Positions 14,886 through 24,894 of a stretch of DNA of 58,840 nt are shown piece by piece (position 1 is the first letter of the stretch; every line of letters starts with the position of its first letter). The notes under the pieces were generated by a model that was not told where the DNA came from, searched no databases, and saw nothing but the letters and a program-made list of their open reading frames with translations. Source of the stretch: Planctomycetes bacterium UBA1662 (GTDB taxonomy: Bacteria; Planctomycetota; UBA8108). The position numbers were made by a program, and so were the translations under genes. The stretch is taken from the NCBI GenBank assembly GCA_002320775.1, contig DCKY01000283.1:1-58840 (forward strand), in the 5' to 3' direction.

Positions 14886-15626
14886 CTAGGCCGGCAATTG
14901 AAGTCCGATGTGAGCCATCAAAGCCTTGATGTCTTCCCAGGTTTTTTTCTTTTCACCCGGACTGCGCAACAGGTACGCCGGATGGTAGGTAACTCGAACA
15001 GGAATCCCGGCGTATTCATGAAATTCACCCCGGAGACGGCCGACGCTCAAATCGGTGGAAAGCAGCCCCTTGGCCGCCACACCACCGAGGGCACAGATCA
15101 CCTCCGGCTGGATAGCCTTGACCTGACGCTCCAGATAGGGAAAACAGGCTGCCATTTCCTCTGCTGCCGGATTGCGGTTCTCCGGAGGTCTGCATTTAAC
15201 GATATTCGCTATATAGACCTCTTCCCGCTTGAGTCCCATAGCCTGAATGATCTTGTCGAGCAGCTTCCCGGCTCGGCCGACAAAGGGTTCACCGGCGAGG
15301 TCTTCATCCCGGCCGGGACCTTCCCCAACGAAAAGAATCCTGGCGGATCTGTTTCCAACTCCGAAAACGGTCTGGGTTCGGCCTTCGCACAGACCGCAGA
15401 GAGTGCAGTCGGCCACCTCGGCCCGGATGGACTCAAGGACCGCCTCGCGATCCTCCATCTCCCCGCTCACAGTCGACTGGGTTGGCACAGACGCCCGTGG
15501 AGCGGACCCAACCGGCATATCCCAGCCAAAGCCCCGATTGACCTCCAGCCGTTGCCTGAGCAGCCGGGCCGCATCGAGCGCGGGATTGCCTGAGCCCTCG
15601 ATGAAATCTTCAGGTATACCAACCAT
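14886..15626 (-). CDS. udg: Uracil-DNA glycosylase, family 4
   Basis: Matches the family-4 UDG pattern: CTLCGLCEGRTQTVFGVGN...ILFVGEGPGRDEDLAGEPFVGRAGKLLDKII...VYIANIVKCRPP...TYHPAYLLR. Confidence 0.9.
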   Translation of the reverse strand: MVGIPEDFIEGSGNPALDAARLLRQRLEVNRGFGWDMPVGSAPRASVPTQSTVSGEMEDREAVLESIRAEVADCTLCGLCEGRTQTVFGVGNRSARILFVGEGPGRDEDLAGEPFVGRAGKLLDKIIQAMGLKREEVYIANIVKCRPPENRNPAAEEMAACFPYLERQVKAIQPEVICALGGVAAKGLLSTDLSVGRLRGEFHEYAGIPVRVTYHPAYLLRSPGEKKKTWEDIKALMAHIGLQLPA

Positions 15627-15650
15627 CTCTCACCACCTCACCCATCTCAC

Positions 15651-16994
15651 CTAAAGCGCGACACCCGAAGCATCGACAGGAACCTCGTCCCAGTGGCCAT
15701 CGAGACCACCCTCACTGATCTTATCAATTTTTACCCTCTGAAGCGTACCCTGAAAACGCCTGGCAGCCCCAGGTGAGGGCGCGGGGAAAGCGACCTTCAG
15801 GTAGCGACCAGCCAGCCCCTCGAGCCAGTCATCTCGGCCGCGCGAGGCTCCCTCTACGAGCACATCGAGCTCACGACCGATGAAACGCTCCCTGTACGCG
15901 CAATTGAGCTCCCTGTCCACCGCACCGAGCTCAACGGCTCGGCGGCGAACCTCGGCAGGATCCACCACGTCTCGCTTCAGAGTCGCCGCCAGGGTGCCTT
16001 CTCTCATGCTGAAGGGGAAGACGTGGATCTTGGAAAAACCAAACTCGCGGCATCTCTCGATCGTCTCGCTGAAATCATCTTCAGTCTCTCCCGGATGCCC
16101 CACAATCACGTCGGTGGTAATGGATGGAGCGTCAAAGCGCTTCGTGAGCTCTTCAACCGCATGCCTGAAATCACGGATCGTATAGCCTCGCCGCATGACC
16201 TCTAGCACCTTGTCAGAGCCGGCCTGCAGAGGAATGTGCCAATGCCTGCAAAAGACAGGGTTCTCCAACAGGTCGATCAATTGCGGAGTGAAGGCTCTCG
16301 CTCCCAGCGAGCTTAATCGAACTCGCCGCAGGCCTTCAACCTCCCCGATCCGCCGAAGGAGGCCAACCAGGTCCAGCGATGGCTCGAGCTCCAGCCCATA
16401 GTCCTGCAGGTGAACACCGGAAACCACCACCTCGATATAGCCGTTGTCCACCAGTCTCCGAATCTCGTCGATGACTGCATCCGGATCACGACTCTTCGAG
16501 AGACCGCGCAGAAAAGGAATGATACAGAAGCTGCAATAGTTATTGCAGCCATCCTGGACCTTGACCGTCGCCCGGGTACGATCTCCAAAACCTGAGATGT
16601 TCAGCTCGAAGATGTCGCGCATCTCGGCGGGAATCTCCTCGCCGGGGTTCCAGCAGCCATCGAGGAAGCTCGCCACCATCGGCTTCTCTTCGTTCCCCCC
16701 CAGGAGGGCTACCTGGGGAATCTTACTGAAGGACTCTTTCTCCTGGTCGCTGGAACAGCCCACCACCACGATCCGGGCCTCCGGATTGGTACGCGCCGCG
16801 CGCTGGATATACTTACGGCTCTTGGCGCCGCTTTGCGCAGTAACCGAGCAGGTATTCACGACATACACATCCGCCGGGGTCGATGCCCTGACCTCCTCAT
16901 AGCCAAGCTCGAGCACCTCACGGCGAATCGCCTCGGTCTCGTATTGGTTGATCTTGCAACCAAGCGTAATAAAAGCGGCGGTTTTGGATTCCAT
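15651..16994 (-). CDS. mtaB: Radical-SAM methylthiotransferase, MtaB-type (tRNA t6A37 methylthiolation)
   Basis: The N-terminal UPF0004 domain reads FITLGCKINQYETEAI...VVNTCSVT. The radical SAM motif is GCNNYCSFCIIP. A C-terminal TRAM-like region is present. Confidence 0.85.
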   Translation of the reverse strand: MESKTAAFITLGCKINQYETEAIRREVLELGYEEVRASTPADVYVVNTCSVTAQSGAKSRKYIQRAARTNPEARIVVVGCSSDQEKESFSKIPQVALLGGNEEKPMVASFLDGCWNPGEEIPAEMRDIFELNISGFGDRTRATVKVQDGCNNYCSFCIIPFLRGLSKSRDPDAVIDEIRRLVDNGYIEVVVSGVHLQDYGLELEPSLDLVGLLRRIGEVEGLRRVRLSSLGARAFTPQLIDLLENPVFCRHWHIPLQAGSDKVLEVMRRGYTIRDFRHAVEELTKRFDAPSITTDVIVGHPGETEDDFSETIERCREFGFSKIHVFPFSMREGTLAATLKRDVVDPAEVRRRAVELGAVDRELNCAYRERFIGRELDVLVEGASRGRDDWLEGLAGRYLKVAFPAPSPGAARRFQGTLQRVKIDKISEGGLDGHWDEVPVDASGVAL

Positions 16995-17064
16995 AGCCGG
17001 TAGATGGTCTCCGGCAAGCTATCCCAGTCAAGCGCTTTCTAAGGCAGAAAAGGCCCTGATAACA

Positions 17065-17580
17065 TCAGGAGGAAAACTTGCCCCGCAACGCAGCTTCCAC
17101 CCCGGGCGTTACAAAGGCCTCCAGCCGGCCTCCACCCGCGGCGATTTCCCGGACGAGGCTGGATGAAATGAACGATGTCTCCGCGCCAGCCGGTAGAAAA
17201 ACCGTCTCGATCTCAGTGCTCTCGCAGCGGCGATTCGAATGCGCCATAGGCAACTCGTACGCCGCGTCGGCAGCTGAGCGCAGGCCGCGCACGATCCATC
17301 CCGCCTCGACTTCAGCGGCAAGCCGGGCGGTCAATCCCTCGAAAGAGCTGAACTCAAGAACGCCGGCGCCGGCGAGACCGGCGGTCTCAGACCGAAGAAG
17401 CTCAACCCTCTCCTCGGGGGTGAAGAGGGACTTCTTCTCCGGATTGGACAAAACCGCGATGTGAAGCGTACCAAAGAGTCCCCGGGCTCTCTCGATAACA
17501 TCGAGATGTCCACGCGTCACCGGGTCAAAGCTCCCGGGGTAGATCGCTTTTGATTTTTCCGTCATTTGATTCTCTACCAT
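17065..17580 (-). CDS. coaD: Phosphopantetheine adenylyltransferase
   Basis: Contains the IYPGSFDPVTRGHLDVIERA signature and ...FISSSLVREIA. The start may instead be the ATG at 17565 (MTEKSK). Confidence 0.9.
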   Translation of the reverse strand: MVENQMTEKSKAIYPGSFDPVTRGHLDVIERARGLFGTLHIAVLSNPEKKSLFTPEERVELLRSETAGLAGAGVLEFSSFEGLTARLAAEVEAGWIVRGLRSAADAAYELPMAHSNRRCESTEIETVFLPAGAETSFISSSLVREIAAGGGRLEAFVTPGVEAALRGKFSS

Positions 17581-20096
17581 CTCGACCAGGAACGAGGGCC
17601 GCCTCCGGAGAAACCGACCGGGCGGAAGTTAACCGAAAAAGTCTGGTTGTCATCTTCACCCGCATCGAAGGAATACTCAAAGAACAAAGCGTATCGATGA
17701 AAAACACGGCCAATGGTCAGGCTGAACTCAGAATCTTTCTCACTCTGGATGTTCCGCGCCCAATAGAGCTGCGCCCGCCACTTCTCATGCGGATAGAACG
17801 ACAGCAGGCCATAGACAAAGTTGCTGTCCGGATTGGCCGCGTCGAGAGAGTTGGCACTCACATCCCCCAGTGTCGCCGAGAGCAGGCCGGGAACAACCTC
17901 GGACCGGACTGAATTGTCCATACGCTCATCGCTGAATCCATCGTTCGGGTCCAGGGCTATCCAGGAGCGGAAAGAGAGAGAGTCACTTGCGCGCAGGGTG
18001 TGATCAAGGACGAGCAACGAGAGGTCTTCTCCTCCGTTGTCCCTCTCTGCATCCGGATAGAAGACCAGGCTGACCTCGCTATCGAGAAGATGATGCCTCT
18101 GGAACGAAGACGGCTTGAGAGTTGTATTGCGCCTGCCCAGCAGGGGACGCTCTGCTGCCCCTCCTCCCTCGCCTTCGACTCTCGTCACCAATGCCTGCCT
18201 GAGAGACAGGGAGAATTTCTGGGTTACATCGAAAGCATCGACAGCATCCACCTCAAAGGTCTCCCCGGGAGAGAGGTCACTGGAAAAGATGTTGAGGTAG
18301 GAGGCCTCGGGAGCCAGCAGATGTTTAAAGCCCTGGACCCCGAAGAGATCCTGGAGCAGTCCTCGAGAATTCACCGGAAAGGTTCGTGACCACTGCTGGC
18401 TCAGGCTCAGGCCGGAACCGAAGGCCGCCCGATCGGTAAAATCACGCGCCGGATCAAGCACCTTCTCGTAGCCGGTGTAACGGGCAAAAGCAAAGGGACG
18501 AACGACCAGGTAAGGATTGAGGCCGGTAACCGGATAGGACCAGGTATTGGCCAGGTCGAGCCGGCCATGCCGGGGAGTGTCGCCTCCGGCCATGGCGGAA
18601 CGGCCGCGGAGATTGGTAATTCCGGCGTCCAGGTCCAGATAGAGGCCGGAATCGAAGACCGGCTGCTGATACCAGCTAAGCTTCAACTCGGGGAGCCTCT
18701 CAATCGTCTCATCGAAATCATTGACCTGGTATTTATAGAGCGCGCTCAAGTTCAGGTTGTCGCCGACATTTTTTCTCCACGAGACAAGGCTCTCCTGCTC
18801 CTTTTCCTGCTTGGCCACTCTCTCGAAATATTCATTCAGGAAGTTCCGGTCTGACTGGGACGAATACTCTACATCCAGGGTGCCGAGCCCGGAGAGCTCA
18901 TGGCGATGAGCCAGGGAGCCCCAATAACGGCCGGGTTCGGGCGGAGCGAAGCCTCCGGCCGAACGATCGACCCCATCATCGTGAATCGAAAAATAACGGC
19001 CGGTCCCATAGTAGCCGGTGCCGCTGACCGGCAGCTGCCAGGGCTGCCGGCTTCCCGACTGCCTGCCGTACTCGGCAACCGGCCCCCAGCCCAGGCCGCG
19101 CTTCGCCATGTGGGTGGTCTCAAATCCAACCCTCGAATTCTCCACCACCCGCCGCAGACTCGGAATCGACTTGAGAGGGAGCTGGTCCAGGAAGAAGTTC
19201 AGGTTCCACTCCGCTGAGCTGAAGAATCCAAACTTTGAGGAGCTGCCGAGATCGATGGATCTCAGGGGAAGGTAATCCTGCCAACGGGTATCCCAACGCG
19301 TGAGAGGCAGCGGGAGGATCTCCCGGCCAAGCACCTCGAGCCGGGCTCCGCTGAGGACTACCTCGTAGTGGCCCTGGTTCTCAGGAATCATTCCGGCGGC
19401 GGTATCTATCGACTGGATGTCGGCACTGTCCGCGGCCAGCGCGATATGAGGCTCGGCGTAGTCGCAGTTGCTCAACCTGATATCTTCGCCTGAGAAGTCT
19501 GCGAAATTTCGCGTACGCAGAACCCCGATGGAAAGTATGACCTCAGCCCCGACGGCTGCATCCCGCCCCCCGACAGGAGAGGTCCCCCGCAGGTCGCGCA
19601 GCTCGAGGCTGTTCATGATCCCCTTCAGACCGGCGGTTGAGCTCCTGATCCGGGCCTGCCTGATCACCCCCTCGCCCTGGCGATGATCATAGTAGACCGA
19701 GGACGCCTCGATGGTGCTGCCTTGCGCGGACAGATCCAGACGCACATTCCCATCAGCGTAAAAATAGAACTGAAGTTCATCCTCTTCTTCAGAATCCCCG
19801 GAGGCCGAAGCATCCTTGCCCTTGAAGACGCCGAGCCCGTGAATGTAGAGCCGGTCGCACATCAGGCGAACGCGGTTGGAGCCTATGGTGATCTCACGCT
19901 TCACATTCCCGAGAATGTAGCGAGAAACATCCCCTGTCTTCTGGTTGATATAGGTCTTTGTCCCGCTATCGGCCGCGCCGGAAAAATCTGTCAGCTGCGG
20001 CCAGACCTCATCCAGAAGGGTCGAATCATCTTGCGCCCGCAAGGGACACACGAAGAGAACCGCAGCCAGCAATAGCGGCGGGACGGCTGTGAACAA
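17574..20096 (-). CDS. lptD: LPS-assembly outer-membrane protein LptD (OstA family)
   Basis: Has a signal peptide (MFTAVPPLLLAAVLFVCPLRAQ). N-terminal OstA-like repeats are followed by LSNCDYAEPHIALAADSADI, the LptD T-x-C...W motif region. A long Tyr/Gly/Ser-rich beta-barrel follows, ending in an aromatic residue. Confidence 0.7.
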   Translation of the reverse strand: MFTAVPPLLLAAVLFVCPLRAQDDSTLLDEVWPQLTDFSGAADSGTKTYINQKTGDVSRYILGNVKREITIGSNRVRLMCDRLYIHGLGVFKGKDASASGDSEEEDELQFYFYADGNVRLDLSAQGSTIEASSVYYDHRQGEGVIRQARIRSSTAGLKGIMNSLELRDLRGTSPVGGRDAAVGAEVILSIGVLRTRNFADFSGEDIRLSNCDYAEPHIALAADSADIQSIDTAAGMIPENQGHYEVVLSGARLEVLGREILPLPLTRWDTRWQDYLPLRSIDLGSSSKFGFFSSAEWNLNFFLDQLPLKSIPSLRRVVENSRVGFETTHMAKRGLGWGPVAEYGRQSGSRQPWQLPVSGTGYYGTGRYFSIHDDGVDRSAGGFAPPEPGRYWGSLAHRHELSGLGTLDVEYSSQSDRNFLNEYFERVAKQEKEQESLVSWRKNVGDNLNLSALYKYQVNDFDETIERLPELKLSWYQQPVFDSGLYLDLDAGITNLRGRSAMAGGDTPRHGRLDLANTWSYPVTGLNPYLVVRPFAFARYTGYEKVLDPARDFTDRAAFGSGLSLSQQWSRTFPVNSRGLLQDLFGVQGFKHLLAPEASYLNIFSSDLSPGETFEVDAVDAFDVTQKFSLSLRQALVTRVEGEGGGAAERPLLGRRNTTLKPSSFQRHHLLDSEVSLVFYPDAERDNGGEDLSLLVLDHTLRASDSLSFRSWIALDPNDGFSDERMDNSVRSEVVPGLLSATLGDVSANSLDAANPDSNFVYGLLSFYPHEKWRAQLYWARNIQSEKDSEFSLTIGRVFHRYALFFEYSFDAGEDDNQTFSVNFRPVGFSGGGPRSWSRW

Positions 20097-20414
20097 TAAG
20101 CTGAAGGGTCCTGGTCTCAGCTTGAATCTCCTGCTGGCTCCTCAATCAGTTGGGCCATAGTCTTATGACCTCGGGCAGATTATACTCTTGTTAGGTAAAA
20201 GAAAAAGTACGATAGGCCCCTGGCTTCAAGGACACTTTATTCTCTCAGGAGCCGAAATAGGCCGCTGCGGCAGGCTTCTTGCAATATGTCACATGGGTCA
20301 GGTAGATAAAAACCAGGGTCCCCAGTTCATACCAAAGGTTATAAGTTGTTTTTTAATAATAATTTAGATCTATTTATCCGGGTTTCAGGCTGTGCAGGAA
20401 GCAGAATCCGAAAT

Positions 20415-22010
20415 ATGGCTGCTCTTGCCTTTCTAACCCTGCTGGCTTGCTCCTGCGTAGAGCAGAATACGCCTGTTGAGCCCAAAGAAGACGAAATCAG
20501 CCGTGCAACGGCGACAGGGGGCAATGCCGCACCAGGAATAGACACTTCCACACCAAATACCGCCTCAAATGGAAACAAAGAACCTGATGACCCGGCTGAG
20601 AGTTGCGAATCCTACCTGAAAAAAATCACCCCGATATACCAGAGGATTCCTGAAGATCTCAGGGCCCTGAAACCAGCTGAAGCCGATCAGCTTGCAGGGA
20701 ATATCGAGAAGGCCATCGTCGAGTGCGAAGAGTATATCTCTAACTGCGCGTACGGTCCCATCTCAACCGAGCTTCGTTTCTATCAGTCAAAATTTCTCCA
20801 GCTCATCAGTTCGCGTGTTCGAACACAGGTCATCAATGACATGTCGAAAAACGGAGCCAAGTTCACCACCGAAGATCTCGACAGAAAAATGGCTCCCTTT
20901 TATAAGCGGGTGATTGGCCATGCGAGCATGGCTGTCGACGGCCTCAAGGACTCATCCGCGCTGAAGCCTTCCGCAATCGAGATCTGCGCATGGGCGCATA
21001 CGAGCCTGAAGGAGCCCCGGAAAGCCAGGGACGATTACCTGAACTACCTCAAGACCTACCCCAACAGCCCCCGCATCACCGTGCTGACCGCCGCCCTCGG
21101 ACGGGTTCTCTCGGATCTCGAGGAATACGACACGGGCGTCAAGCTGGTCGAAGAAAAGATGGCAACGGAGCAAGCGCAGAAAAGCCCTGACTTCCCCACT
21201 CTCGGCGAAACCCGGTGGAAGCTCTACGAAGCCAAGGGCGACATCGCGGGTCTCCTGCGTTCGGCTGAGAGCGTACTCCAGGACTACCCGGAACGAACCA
21301 GGAGCGATCAATATTCCCTCAAGACAAAAGAAGCGTACTCGCGCTACCTTGCCTTCAACGGCTTCCGCAAGGGCTACTCCCTGATGGCCCTTGGCCGGAT
21401 GGACGAGGCCCGGGATGCCTTTGACTCGCATGTCACGGAAATCAACAAGCTGCAGGCGGCCCTTGAGAAAAGAGGGCACGCCCTGAAGCCGGCCATCAAC
21501 ATCTACCGCCAGCGCTCGGAAAACGCCCTGGGCTTCATCAATAATATCGCCCTGCGTCCGGCCCCGGCTGATTTCGAGCTTGGAGAAATGTGGGTTACGC
21601 AGAAACGCACCCGGCTTAAAGAATCAACCGGCAAGGTTGTCGGCCTCATCTTCCGCGGCGCTGAAGACACCCGCTCTGCCACCTTCCTAGCTAATATCGG
21701 CGAATTCACCGCGGCCAGCGATGAGATGGAAATGGTGGCGGTTCACTTCTTCAAGAGTGCTAAAAACATAGACGAACAGCTCGAAGGCCTGCGACAGGAG
21801 CTCGCTGGAACAGGCTATACCGGGGCGGCGGGGTTTGATCCGGATCTCACCGGCAGGAAGCTCTTCCGCTCCTGGGGAGTTTTTGTCGGCAGCGCCACGT
21901 TCCTCATTATTGACAAGCAGGGGCGTCCCGTCTGGTTCCAGCAGGACCCGCGAACCAGGGACACCAACCTGGTCAAATCCATCCTGCTCAGGGTGGCCGA
22001 ATCAGAGTAA
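20415..22010 (+). CDS. Lipoprotein with helical (TPR-like) N-terminal part and a thioredoxin-fold-like C-terminal domain lacking CxxC
   Basis: The ATG at 20415 gives MAALAFLTLLACSC, a lipobox LLAC. The track ORF instead begins at a TTG at 20346. The C-terminal GKVVGLIFRGAEDTRSATF...GVFVGSATFLIIDKQGRPVWFQ follows the TlpA/redoxin layout, but the CxxC position reads DTRS. Confidence 0.6.
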   Translation: MAALAFLTLLACSCVEQNTPVEPKEDEISRATATGGNAAPGIDTSTPNTASNGNKEPDDPAESCESYLKKITPIYQRIPEDLRALKPAEADQLAGNIEKAIVECEEYISNCAYGPISTELRFYQSKFLQLISSRVRTQVINDMSKNGAKFTTEDLDRKMAPFYKRVIGHASMAVDGLKDSSALKPSAIEICAWAHTSLKEPRKARDDYLNYLKTYPNSPRITVLTAALGRVLSDLEEYDTGVKLVEEKMATEQAQKSPDFPTLGETRWKLYEAKGDIAGLLRSAESVLQDYPERTRSDQYSLKTKEAYSRYLAFNGFRKGYSLMALGRMDEARDAFDSHVTEINKLQAALEKRGHALKPAINIYRQRSENALGFINNIALRPAPADFELGEMWVTQKRTRLKESTGKVVGLIFRGAEDTRSATFLANIGEFTAASDEMEMVAVHFFKSAKNIDEQLEGLRQELAGTGYTGAAGFDPDLTGRKLFRSWGVFVGSATFLIIDKQGRPVWFQQDPRTRDTNLVKSILLRVAESE

Positions 22011-22090
22011 TTCTCTGCGAAACCCTTGCCGGGGCCTCATAATCACCACGCCGCCGCCCCCGCAAATACCGCCCGAGACCCTCGCTCCAG

Positions 22091-24556
22091 ATGGCCCCGG
22101 TCCCCAATCGGCATCTCATTTATCCAGAGCGCAACCTTCCTGAGCAGGGGAATGAGCCTTCTGTTCAACCCGGCGCGATCCCCTCGGGAATTGAAGCTGG
22201 ACTGGCATTCGCTTTTGGAACATCGCTCTCAGCCTGCTCGGTACAGGCCAGCCTTGCGGCCGCCGCCCTCATCTCCCTGAATTACGGCGGCTGGATTGCG
22301 GCCCGCCGGTTTCTCAAGCCCCGGCTGGCTCATCCCGAAAAAAAGAAAATCGCGTGGCTCTACCTCATCTGCGGACTCGGGTGGTTTAGCCATGAATCGG
22401 CACAGGCACCCTCGGTAAAATCCCATCCCCAGGCAGGCCATGTTTTACGGGAAAAAACTTTCGCTGGAACCGTCAGGGGCACCGTTTCAAATCTGCCGAT
22501 AGTGCGTCAGCAACTATTCGCCAGCGATAGCGGGGGTTCCATGTATGCCGAATTCAAATTGAAGACTTCTACCCCCGGACAACTCTACCTGGTTCGAGCC
22601 GGAATAGAAGGAGACCAGCTTCCGGCCGGGCTCAGGCCGGGCGTCTCAGTAGAGGTCATGGGAAAGATCTACCCCCAGCGTCCCCGATCCACCCCAACTC
22701 GAAAAGATACACCGGCGGCCATCATCCAGTCATTGCCTGGTTCACTCACCTTCGACCAGGAGCCGCCTTCTCGGCCCTCCCTGGGATTGCGTATTCGCTG
22801 GCCTGTAGTCAACCTCATCAGAAGACTGTATTCGGATAAAGAGCAGGGACTCTTCTGCGCTCTGATCACAGGCGAAAAACGATTGATGAGCCAGGAACTG
22901 AGTCTCCTCTTTGTCGAAACAGGAACGGTCCATTTCCTTGCCATCAGCGGACTGCACGTTGGTCTCATCATGGCATTCGCAATAAGAATTCCCTTTCCGC
23001 AGAAGGGGAAAACCATACTGCGTCTTATAGTGCTTGGCCTTTTCGTTCTTCTCAGCGGTGCCAACACCCCGGTGTTACGAGCCGCGATAATGATCGGGCT
23101 GCACCTGCTTCTACAGGCGGCGGGTAGATTGCCGCGAGCCCTCGACACGCTTGGATGGACACTCCTCGCCCTGCTCATCACTGATCCCTTGAGCATCAGC
23201 AAGCCAGGCTTTCAGCTATCCTTTATAGCGACAATCGCCATCCTGGGTTGGAACTCGATGCGGAAAAATGACTTACGCGAAAGAAGTCGCCTGCTGATCC
23301 CTTCAAAGCCAGCGGGCGCTTTTTCAAGGTTCGGCTCAGCTCTCTTCTTCCATATCCAAAACAGTCTCTGGGTTGCGGTGATATCCACAGCCGTGACAGC
23401 GCCCCTGATCGCGACCTATTTCCATCGGGTCCATCCGGTTGCCCCGCTGCTTTCAGTCTGTCTCTATCCGCTGATAGCCATGAGCCTGCTGCTCGGTCTC
23501 TCCAGCATCCTCCTGGGATTCATCTGGATAGAGGCCGGCTTCCTGGCCGCTGATGCGGCAACCGTATTTGCTCGGATGCTGAATGGCCTGCTTGTCTTTT
23601 CACGAAACATTCCGGGGCATTGCTTCAACCTGCCTCCGCCAGGATTCGCCACGGTCTCCATCTTTTACCTTCTACTTGGCGCGGGAATATCAAAGAAAAC
23701 ACGCGGAGTTGCGCTGCTGTTGTCCATCCTGATCCTCCCCATCTCCCTCATCGTGAGCCTATCCGCCGGTAACGAAGACAACCCGCGGCTGATCCACCTT
23801 GATGCTGGAGCAGGGTCGGCCGCGTTGCTCGAGCTCCCCGGGAGCAAGAGAGCTTTCCTCATTGATGCCTGCGGAAAAACCCGGACGGGAAGCTGGCGTC
23901 TAGTTCGCACCCTTCTCGACAAAGGCCATCGACGAATTGATGGGGTCATCCTGACCCATCCACACGTCGACCATGCCGGAGCGCTGCCCGTACTTACGAG
24001 ATCACTGGATGTCGGAGAAGTCTTCTGCTCGGAACATTTCGAACGGGAAGAATACGGAGTAAGGCTTCTCGCCGATGCGCGAAAAAAAGGAGTCCGCGTC
24101 AGCAAGGTTCGGAGAGGACAGTTACTGCGGCTGCCCGGTCAGGAAGATATCGTTCTGCGCATTATCTATCCGGATCAGACTGAAAACCTGCCCCTGGCCC
24201 AACATGCCAACGAGATGTCTCTCTCTTTCTTCATCGAAATCGGACAAAAGCGAATTCTCTGCCTTGGCGACCTTGAAGAAGATGGGCTGGCCAGGCTTTT
24301 TGAAACAGGAGAAGATCTCAATTCCGAGGTCCTCATCCTTCCCCACCATGGAAGAAGTAACTGTCTCTATGACACCTTGCTGGAGAAGGTCTCCCCCACG
24401 ACCGTGGTCGTTTCCGGAGACGGTCAAGGACAAGCCGAAGAGACGCTGCTGCGGATTGAACTTTCGGGAATCAAAGCCTACGCCACCTGGCGAGGCGGCA
24501 GCATTCAAAATGAATGGAACACCGGCGGCATTAAAACGAGCTATGTCGACAGATGA
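22091..24556 (+). CDS. comEC: DNA internalization-related competence protein ComEC/Rec2 with C-terminal metallo-beta-lactamase domain
   Basis: The competence domain reads ETGTVHFLAISGLHVGLI and is flanked by multiple TM helices. The C-terminal MBL motif is GVILTHPHVDHAGAL ... VLILPHHG. The start codon is uncertain. Confidence 0.85.
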   Translation: MAPVPNRHLIYPERNLPEQGNEPSVQPGAIPSGIEAGLAFAFGTSLSACSVQASLAAAALISLNYGGWIAARRFLKPRLAHPEKKKIAWLYLICGLGWFSHESAQAPSVKSHPQAGHVLREKTFAGTVRGTVSNLPIVRQQLFASDSGGSMYAEFKLKTSTPGQLYLVRAGIEGDQLPAGLRPGVSVEVMGKIYPQRPRSTPTRKDTPAAIIQSLPGSLTFDQEPPSRPSLGLRIRWPVVNLIRRLYSDKEQGLFCALITGEKRLMSQELSLLFVETGTVHFLAISGLHVGLIMAFAIRIPFPQKGKTILRLIVLGLFVLLSGANTPVLRAAIMIGLHLLLQAAGRLPRALDTLGWTLLALLITDPLSISKPGFQLSFIATIAILGWNSMRKNDLRERSRLLIPSKPAGAFSRFGSALFFHIQNSLWVAVISTAVTAPLIATYFHRVHPVAPLLSVCLYPLIAMSLLLGLSSILLGFIWIEAGFLAADAATVFARMLNGLLVFSRNIPGHCFNLPPPGFATVSIFYLLLGAGISKKTRGVALLLSILILPISLIVSLSAGNEDNPRLIHLDAGAGSAALLELPGSKRAFLIDACGKTRTGSWRLVRTLLDKGHRRIDGVILTHPHVDHAGALPVLTRSLDVGEVFCSEHFEREEYGVRLLADARKKGVRVSKVRRGQLLRLPGQEDIVLRIIYPDQTENLPLAQHANEMSLSFFIEIGQKRILCLGDLEEDGLARLFETGEDLNSEVLILPHHGRSNCLYDTLLEKVSPTTVVVSGDGQGQAEETLLRIELSGIKAYATWRGGSIQNEWNTGGIKTSYVDR

Positions 24557-24871
24557 TCAGTCCGCCGGGCTATCGGGTTGAATTTTTCGGCCTGTATCGG
24601 CGGCGTGCCGCACGAGCTTCCTCACAAGCAGCTTGTGGGTGGCGATTGCCCAGCTCGAGGCAACTCTCTGCAGGGTGCCCAGGATGACGTAGCAGAGAGT
24701 CACCCAGAAGATGACCGTAGAAGAAATCCCTCCGAGATACGCATAAACCAGCAGCGCGGCTACAACCGCCCCGGCCAGGAGATGCGACAGCGCCCCTCCG
24801 CGGCCGGACTCGGCAGCGCCGGCCTTCTCCATGAGAATCTTCTCCAGTTGACTGAATTTCACCTGGTTCAT
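24557..24871 (-). CDS. Small two-TM hypothetical membrane protein
   Basis: Has two hydrophobic helices (LLAGAVVAALLVYAYLGGI, VIFWVTLCYVILGTL) and GAGAGG upstream of the ATG. It lies 23 nt downstream of mtnA. No homology was recognised. Confidence 0.45.
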   Translation of the reverse strand: MNQVKFSQLEKILMEKAGAAESGRGGALSHLLAGAVVAALLVYAYLGGISSTVIFWVTLCYVILGTLQRVASSWAIATHKLLVRKLVRHAADTGRKIQPDSPAD

Positions 24872-24894
24872 TCTTTTTACCTCTCGGGATGAGC

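Noticed and set aside
20346-20414. TTG-initiated N-terminal extension of the 554-aa track ORF
   Set aside because: The in-frame ATG at 20415 gives a clean lipoprotein signal peptide (MAALAFLTLLAC). The upstream extension is AT-rich intergenic-looking sequence.
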